64,000 nt of DNA from Erysipelotrichaceae bacterium (GTDB lineage Bacteria; Bacillota_I; Bacilli_A; RFN20; CAG-449): positions 22,773 to 86,772 of the forward strand of contig SVBD01000004.1 of the NCBI GenBank assembly GCA_015059045.1, in the 5' to 3' direction. Below are positions 58,231 to 64,000 of the stretch, one piece after another. The position numbers and the translations under genes were made by a program. Under the pieces are notes generated by a model. The model did not search any database. It was not told the origin of the DNA and saw nothing but the letters and a program-made list of their open reading frames with translations. The stretch's first letter is position 1. Every line of letters begins with the position of its first letter.

Positions 58231-60549
58231 ATGAGAAAACAATTAAATTTTAACTGGGAGTTTATTCCTCAATTTGAAGAAAGTTATCTTTCAACTTTTC
58301 CAAAAGAAGCAATCAAAGTAAATATTCCTCATAATGTTGAAGATCTTCCATACAACTATTTTAATGAGAAAATATATCAAAAGATTTCTACATATAGAAA
58401 AGAGTTCACTTTAGAGAACTATAAAAATCAAATTGTTATTTTACGATTTGAAGCCTTTATGGTTAAAGCAAAAATCTATTTAAACAAAGAATATTTAGGT
58501 GAATATGTTTCTTCTTATTCTCCTGTCGAAATAGATATAAGCAAATATGCAAAAGAAGAAAATGAATTAATCGTTGTTTTAGATTCTCACGAAAACGATG
58601 AAGTTCCTCCTTTTGGTTATGCAGTAGATTACCTAACTTTTGGAGGAATCTATCGTGAAGTAAGTGTATCAATTAATCCTAAAGTTTATATCCAAAAAAT
58701 ATTAGTAAATGGTGATTCTAAAGGAAATGTTAACATTAAGCCTTTAATAGAAAATAATAACGAAGAATACGATATTGAATATCAAGTTTTATATAACGAA
58801 AAGGTAGTAAAAGAAAGTAAAACAAGCGAGTTTTCCTTAGAAAACCCACTTCTTTGGGATATTTCTTCTCCTAATTTATACACATTGATTGCAACTCTTT
58901 CTTCTAAATATGGCAAAAGCACTTATACAACTAGATTTGGGTTTAGAGATGCTATATTTACTAATAAAGGTTTTTATCTAAATGGAAAGAAGATTAAACT
59001 AGTTGGATTAAATAGACATCAATCTTATCCTTATGTAGGTTACGCTATGCCAAAAAGTGCTCAAGAGGATGACGCTAATATTTTAAAGTATGAAGCCGGA
59101 ATAAATATTGTTAGAACATCTCACTATATGCAAAGTGAACACTTCTTAAATAGATGTGATGAAATCGGTCTATTAGTAATTAATGAAATTCCAGGTTGGC
59201 AACATATATCTAAAAAGGAAGTTTGGAGAAATAAACATTATCAAAATGTAGAACAAATGGTAATTGAAGAATACAATCACCCTTCTTTAGTTGGACATGG
59301 AGTTAGAATTGATGAATCACAAGATGATCACAAACTATATTTAAAATCTAATAAAATAGTTCATGACCTAGATCCAAATAGACAAACTCTAGGAGTTAGA
59401 AATTTTAAAAATAGCGAACTACTTGAAGACATATATGCATATAACGATTTTGTTTGTAGTGATATGACTAAAGGTTTAGATAATCCTAAAAAAATCAAAA
59501 CCAAAAATCATCCTTATTTAGTAAGTGAATACTTAGGACATATGGAACCAACTAAAGCTACAGATAGTTCAAAGCAAAGAATATATCACGCTTTAAGACA
59601 TGCGTTAGTTATTAATGATAACTTTAAATATGATAATATCTGCGGAGCTATTGGCTGGTGCTTTGTAGATTACTATACTCATAATGATTTTGGTTCTGGA
59701 GATCGTATTTGCCCACACGGGGTCTTTGATATGTATCGTAATAAAAAATACGCCGCAAGTATTTATCAAAGTCAACAAGATGAAATTCCAGTTTTAGAAG
59801 TGTTAAGCAATATGAAACCTGGTGATTTCCCTGAATCATCACTAATGGATGTTTACATTGCTACTAACGCTGATTATGTTGAATTATATAAAAACGATGA
59901 ATATGTAACAAAATTATATCCTAACACTAAACAATTTAAACATTTACCTCATCCATTAATTCTAGTGGACGATATTATTGGTGAAACCTTTAAAGACTCT
60001 CGCTTTAGTTTAAGAGACGGAAAGAAAATTGGAAAACTTCTTTCTTATGTTGCTTTCCATGGATTTAGTAAATTGTCAATTAAACAAAAGTTATCATTAG
60101 GTAAGTTGATTATCAAATATCGTTTATCTTATTCCTCACTAGTTGACTTATATAATACTCATGTTGCCGCTTGGGGAGGAAAAGCAAAAACATATACTTT
60201 CAAAGCTTATAAAGATGGCAAAGTGGTAAAAGAACAAACTCTAGGACCATCAACAACATACTCTTTAAAAGTAACATGCTCTAAACAAGAACTAATTAAT
60301 GAAGATACTTATGACGTAACTAGAGTAACTCTTCAATATGTAGATGAATTCGATAATGTTTTAAATTACGCAAATATGCCATTTTTACTAGAAACTGAAG
60401 GAGAAATTCAAATAATTGGTCCTAAAATGGTATCCTTGTTAGGTGGTCAATTATCAGTATATATTAAATCAAAATCAAAACCTGGGAATGGTAAACTAAC
60501 CATTAAAAACGAAACAATAAATGAAACTATAGATTTTATTGTTAAATAA
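58231..60549 (+). CDS. GH2 glycoside hydrolase (beta-galactosidase-like)
   Basis: FGGIYREV, GLNRHQSYPYVG, VRTSHY, NHPS, IDES (acid/base), VSEY (nucleophile). Confidence 0.92.
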   Translation: MRKQLNFNWEFIPQFEESYLSTFPKEAIKVNIPHNVEDLPYNYFNEKIYQKISTYRKEFTLENYKNQIVILRFEAFMVKAKIYLNKEYLGEYVSSYSPVEIDISKYAKEENELIVVLDSHENDEVPPFGYAVDYLTFGGIYREVSVSINPKVYIQKILVNGDSKGNVNIKPLIENNNEEYDIEYQVLYNEKVVKESKTSEFSLENPLLWDISSPNLYTLIATLSSKYGKSTYTTRFGFRDAIFTNKGFYLNGKKIKLVGLNRHQSYPYVGYAMPKSAQEDDANILKYEAGINIVRTSHYMQSEHFLNRCDEIGLLVINEIPGWQHISKKEVWRNKHYQNVEQMVIEEYNHPSLVGHGVRIDESQDDHKLYLKSNKIVHDLDPNRQTLGVRNFKNSELLEDIYAYNDFVCSDMTKGLDNPKKIKTKNHPYLVSEYLGHMEPTKATDSSKQRIYHALRHALVINDNFKYDNICGAIGWCFVDYYTHNDFGSGDRICPHGVFDMYRNKKYAASIYQSQQDEIPVLEVLSNMKPGDFPESSLMDVYIATNADYVELYKNDEYVTKLYPNTKQFKHLPHPLILVDDIIGETFKDSRFSLRDGKKIGKLLSYVAFHGFSKLSIKQKLSLGKLIIKYRLSYSSLVDLYNTHVAAWGGKAKTYTFKAYKDGKVVKEQTLGPSTTYSLKVTCSKQELINEDTYDVTRVTLQYVDEFDNVLNYANMPFLLETEGEIQIIGPKMVSLLGGQLSVYIKSKSKPGNGKLTIKNETINETIDFIVK

Positions 60550-60643
60550 AAAATTTAATTTTGGAAATAATTTTTATTGTAGAAAAAATATTTGAAGTTA
60601 TATAATAACTTTGTCTAAAAAAGACGGAAAAGAGAAATTAATT

Positions 60644-61837
60644 ATGGAAAGAAAAGTTGGAACAATTTCAATGGGTGTTCGTTGCCCTATTATTAGAGAA
60701 GGAGACAATCTAGTCGATATCGCTTCTAAAAGCGTTATTGAGGCAAGTGAAAGCATTGGCTTATCGATTTCAAATAAAGACGTAATCGCATTAACAGAAT
60801 CAATTGTAGCAAGAGCCCAAGGCAACTATGCAACAATTGATGATATCGCAAATGATGTTAAAGCAAAATTCAATTGTGATACATTAGGCGTTATCTTCCC
60901 TATTCTTTCTAGAAATAGATTTGCAATTTGCTTAAAGGGTATTGCTAAAAGCGTTAAGAAAATTGTTTTAATGTTAAGTTATCCTAGTGATGAAGTAGGT
61001 AATGCTTTACTTACTTATGATCAATTAGATAAAGCGGGTATTAATCCTTATTCTGATGTTTTATCACTAGAAAAATATCGTGAATTATTTGGGTATGGAA
61101 AACACGAATTTACTGGTGTTGATTATGTTGAGTATTACTCTTCATTAATTAAAGAAGCTGGTGCTGAAGTAGAAATCGTCTTCGCAAATCAAGCTACTGC
61201 TATTTTAAATTACACAAAGAATGTTTTAACTTGTGACATTCACACAAGAGCTAGAACAAAACGCATTTTAAAAGAAGCTGGCGCTACAAAAGTATTAGGA
61301 ATGGATGATATTTTAAATAGTTCAATCAATGGTTCTGGATTTAATGAAAAATATGGTTTATTAGGTTCAAATAAATCTACAGAGGACAAAATCAAACTTT
61401 TCCCTAGAGATTGCCAATCACTAGTAGAAGATATTAAAGCTAAAATCTTTGAATTAACAAACAAAGATGTTGAAGTAATGATCTATGGTGATGGTGCTTT
61501 CAAAGATCCTCAAGGTAAAATTTGGGAATTAGCAGACCCTGTAGTTTCTCCTGCTTACACAAGTGGATTAGTTGGTACACCAAATGAATTAAAATTAAAA
61601 TATCTTGCTGACAACGATTATAAAGATTTATCTGGAAACGAATTAAAACAAGCTATCTCACAAAGCATTAAAGCTAAAGGGGGTAATCTAGTTGGTAATA
61701 TGGCCTCTCAAGGAACTACCCCAAGACAACTAACTGATTTAATTGGTTCTCTATGTGACTTAACAAGTGGTTCAGGAGATAAGGGAACTCCAATCATTTT
61801 AATTAAAGGTTACTTTGATAACTACACAAATGATTAA
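60644..61837 (+). CDS. F420-0:gamma-glutamyl ligase (CofE)-like protein
   Basis: GVRCPII.EGD, ESIVARAQG, ILSRNRF, YGDGAFKDP..KIWELADP, GSGDKGTP. Confidence 0.82.
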   Translation: MERKVGTISMGVRCPIIREGDNLVDIASKSVIEASESIGLSISNKDVIALTESIVARAQGNYATIDDIANDVKAKFNCDTLGVIFPILSRNRFAICLKGIAKSVKKIVLMLSYPSDEVGNALLTYDQLDKAGINPYSDVLSLEKYRELFGYGKHEFTGVDYVEYYSSLIKEAGAEVEIVFANQATAILNYTKNVLTCDIHTRARTKRILKEAGATKVLGMDDILNSSINGSGFNEKYGLLGSNKSTEDKIKLFPRDCQSLVEDIKAKIFELTNKDVEVMIYGDGAFKDPQGKIWELADPVVSPAYTSGLVGTPNELKLKYLADNDYKDLSGNELKQAISQSIKAKGGNLVGNMASQGTTPRQLTDLIGSLCDLTSGSGDKGTPIILIKGYFDNYTND

Positions 61838-61842
61838 TAAAC

Positions 61843-61874
61843 AAAAAGAAGCAAACTCAATTGCTTCTTTTTTT
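61843..61874. terminator. Bidirectional terminator
   Basis: AAAAAGAAGCAA / TTGCTTCTTTTT. Confidence 0.85.
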
Positions 61875-63944
61875 CTATAAATAATTATCTCTTAAATATT
61901 GGGCAAATAAATCTCTTGCGTATCCAACTCCATATTCTAAGGTTAGATTTTTAACAACTGTTAAATTATTATATTTATAATCACTAGAATAGCTATCTGT
62001 AATAATATAATATATTTTGTTTTCGTCTACTTCCGAAGCATCTATCTTACTATAAACATAATAATTATTGTTACTTGAATTAATAAATTTATTAATCAAA
62101 TCGTTCCCTTTAATAGAACATAACACAATATCGTTTTCAAATGGAAGTAGTGCGTATACATCGCCATATTTCACTTCTCCACCACTTAAATCATATGGAG
62201 TTCTCGTACTAATAAATCCTCCACCTAGTACTGGAGAATATGTATTATTTTCGCCAATAATCTCTATTCCTTTTTGATAATATAATTCACTCAGTTTACT
62301 TTTGACTTTTGAACTATTCATATATGGAACATTTCTTCCTATTATTTCTGATTGGATACTTCCATATTTATTTTTCTCATACCACGAATCTATTTCATTC
62401 ATCACTTCATCTTCTTCTGAGAATGCGCTATAAGAAGAGACTGCATTTGACATAGTCGACATTGATACATAATAGTCATTGCTTAGTGAATCATATTCAC
62501 AATTTATTGTTGCAACCGTAAAAGAATCTCCATTCCCTCTATTTTGAAGGTGCCATACTCCTTTCGAATCATAAAAACTATACTTTTGATGCGAATGACC
62601 TTCTAAAACTAAATCCACATATGTTCCACTTAATTCATTAACATCATAGTAACTTAAATATGATACGCCATTATTCTTTTTATAATCTCCATCATGAAGA
62701 GATAGAATAATAAAATCAGCACCTAAATCTTTTAATGTTTGAGAATCCTTTTTGATTTGCTCAGTTAATTTGTCACCATACAAGAAATAGATATTATCAA
62801 CTTTAGAAGAAGAAATTGAAGAATAAACATTTCCAATTGAACCAATAATACCAATTTTGACACCATTTCTGGAAACCAATTTATAGGGTTTACAATATTC
62901 TGGTGATTCACCAGTTGATCTATATCTTATATTGTTAGCTAAAAGAGGAATATCTAAATATTCGTCGTGATTAATTAATTTTTGTTCTCCCCAATCATAT
63001 TCGTGATTACCAAGTGTTAATGATTCATAACCATTTTGAATTAAGAAATCATCAATATTAAAACCATTAGATAACCCAGCTTCAGCAGTACCTTGATAAA
63101 TATCTCCTTGGTCAATAAAAATATTATATTGATCTTTTGTTGCTGCTACAGATTTCATTCTGCTAGTCAATTTTGATAGTCCTGGATAATCTTCTATTTC
63201 TTTTACTTGTCCATGAATATCATTCGTTGCAAATACTTGAATGTCAAAATTTTTATTATCTCTAGAATAATTTGTTTTTTCATAATTAATAGATAAAGAA
63301 TTAATAATTACTTCTCTAGGCGAGTAAAAACTTATATACGAAGGATAGTCTCCTTCAAAACTGACTTTATAATCTTGGCCAATAACTTTTATATCAACAC
63401 TGTAGTCGTTAACATTATCAATATAGTTATTAGATGTACGATATTTTAAATAACCAAATCCACTTAAATTTTGTAATGTATCATCGCTATTATTCACTAC
63501 ATCATAATTAATAGTAAATGATTTAATATTACCTAAATTTGTTTCTTCAGCATTTGTAATCGAGCCGGTTTTTCCAAGGAAAACGTGGCCCAAAGAGTTT
63601 TTTGCCTTGTTATATTCAAAGGTTATTTCATCAACAGCGCTTTTAAGATTTTCATAGTTATCTAAAGCTGTTGGTTTATTAGTTGAATCTAACACTAACA
63701 CCTTTTCTTCGCCATTAGAAATTTCACTACTAATTGATTCTTCACTTGAATAAACTTCACTAGTTGCATTGAAACTATTTGAAGAAGAAGCGCTTAACGA
63801 AGCTTCTTCGCTAGTTATTTTTTCAGACGAAAAAGATTCGCTAGTAGAATCTTCGCTAGACGTATTTTGATTAAAATTTAAACACCCCGATAGCAATGGT
63901 GCTATTAGGGAAAGTGTCAAAGCTAACTTAAGTTTACTTTTCAT
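61875..63944 (-). CDS. 5'-nucleotidase / 2',3'-cyclic phosphodiesterase lipoprotein with Ser/Glu-rich stalk
   Basis: Lipobox LSGC; ATNDIHG, DQGD, GNHEYD, LSLH, GHSH; C-terminal substrate domain LPFEN. Confidence 0.9.
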   Translation of the reverse strand: MKSKLKLALTLSLIAPLLSGCLNFNQNTSSEDSTSESFSSEKITSEEASLSASSSNSFNATSEVYSSEESISSEISNGEEKVLVLDSTNKPTALDNYENLKSAVDEITFEYNKAKNSLGHVFLGKTGSITNAEETNLGNIKSFTINYDVVNNSDDTLQNLSGFGYLKYRTSNNYIDNVNDYSVDIKVIGQDYKVSFEGDYPSYISFYSPREVIINSLSINYEKTNYSRDNKNFDIQVFATNDIHGQVKEIEDYPGLSKLTSRMKSVAATKDQYNIFIDQGDIYQGTAEAGLSNGFNIDDFLIQNGYESLTLGNHEYDWGEQKLINHDEYLDIPLLANNIRYRSTGESPEYCKPYKLVSRNGVKIGIIGSIGNVYSSISSSKVDNIYFLYGDKLTEQIKKDSQTLKDLGADFIILSLHDGDYKKNNGVSYLSYYDVNELSGTYVDLVLEGHSHQKYSFYDSKGVWHLQNRGNGDSFTVATINCEYDSLSNDYYVSMSTMSNAVSSYSAFSEEDEVMNEIDSWYEKNKYGSIQSEIIGRNVPYMNSSKVKSKLSELYYQKGIEIIGENNTYSPVLGGGFISTRTPYDLSGGEVKYGDVYALLPFENDIVLCSIKGNDLINKFINSSNNNYYVYSKIDASEVDENKIYYIITDSYSSDYKYNNLTVVKNLTLEYGVGYARDLFAQYLRDNYL

Positions 63945-63955
63945 TTTTTACCCTC

Positions 63956-64000
63956 TTATAAATCGGTAATAACATTCTTGTTTCTTTTTTATATTGATCA
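63956..64000 (-). CDS. 3' end of an upstream CDS truncated by the window edge
   Basis: Open frame DQYKKRNKNVITDL* ending just before the GAGGG RBS of the nucleotidase. Confidence 0.3.

Overview
AT-rich (by eye roughly 25-30% GC) bacterial chromosome segment using genetic code 11 (TGA is stop, TGG is Trp). It probably comes from an uncultured gut Bacilli lineage near Erysipelotrichales/RFN20/RF39/Mollicutes. This is inferred from RpoB H526N and the Mycoplasma-type L11 deletion, alongside murA, a cwlD-like amidase and MEP genes. The core block is rpmG-secE-nusG // rplK-rplA-rplJ-rplL-rpoB-rpoC, tdk, trkAH, rplM-rpsI, dxs, uppS, ispH, tRNA-Ala(CGC) and tRNA-Ile(GAT), with recognisable L1, L10 and L13 leader RNAs. 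No rRNA, CRISPR array, IS or integrase was seen. The best candidate for an undescribed system is a tightly coupled operon at 48323-52306. It encodes a CotH-family kinase lipoprotein (S-x-E-rich repetitive stalk, C-terminal CBM26-like module), a VTC polyphosphate polymerase and a DUF4956 membrane protein, with a family I pyrophosphatase close by. A second theme is intact ORFs that have lost catalytic residues: an Hhe-like DUF4011-helicase-nuclease, a UDP-glucose dehydrogenase homologue with Cys->Ala, an FNT channel with His->Glu and an SGNH-like lipoprotein. There is also a highly structured GC-rich rplL-rpoB intergenic region and a decayed accessory island at the 3' end of tRNA-Ala. All calls are from motif recognition by eye; no searches were run.
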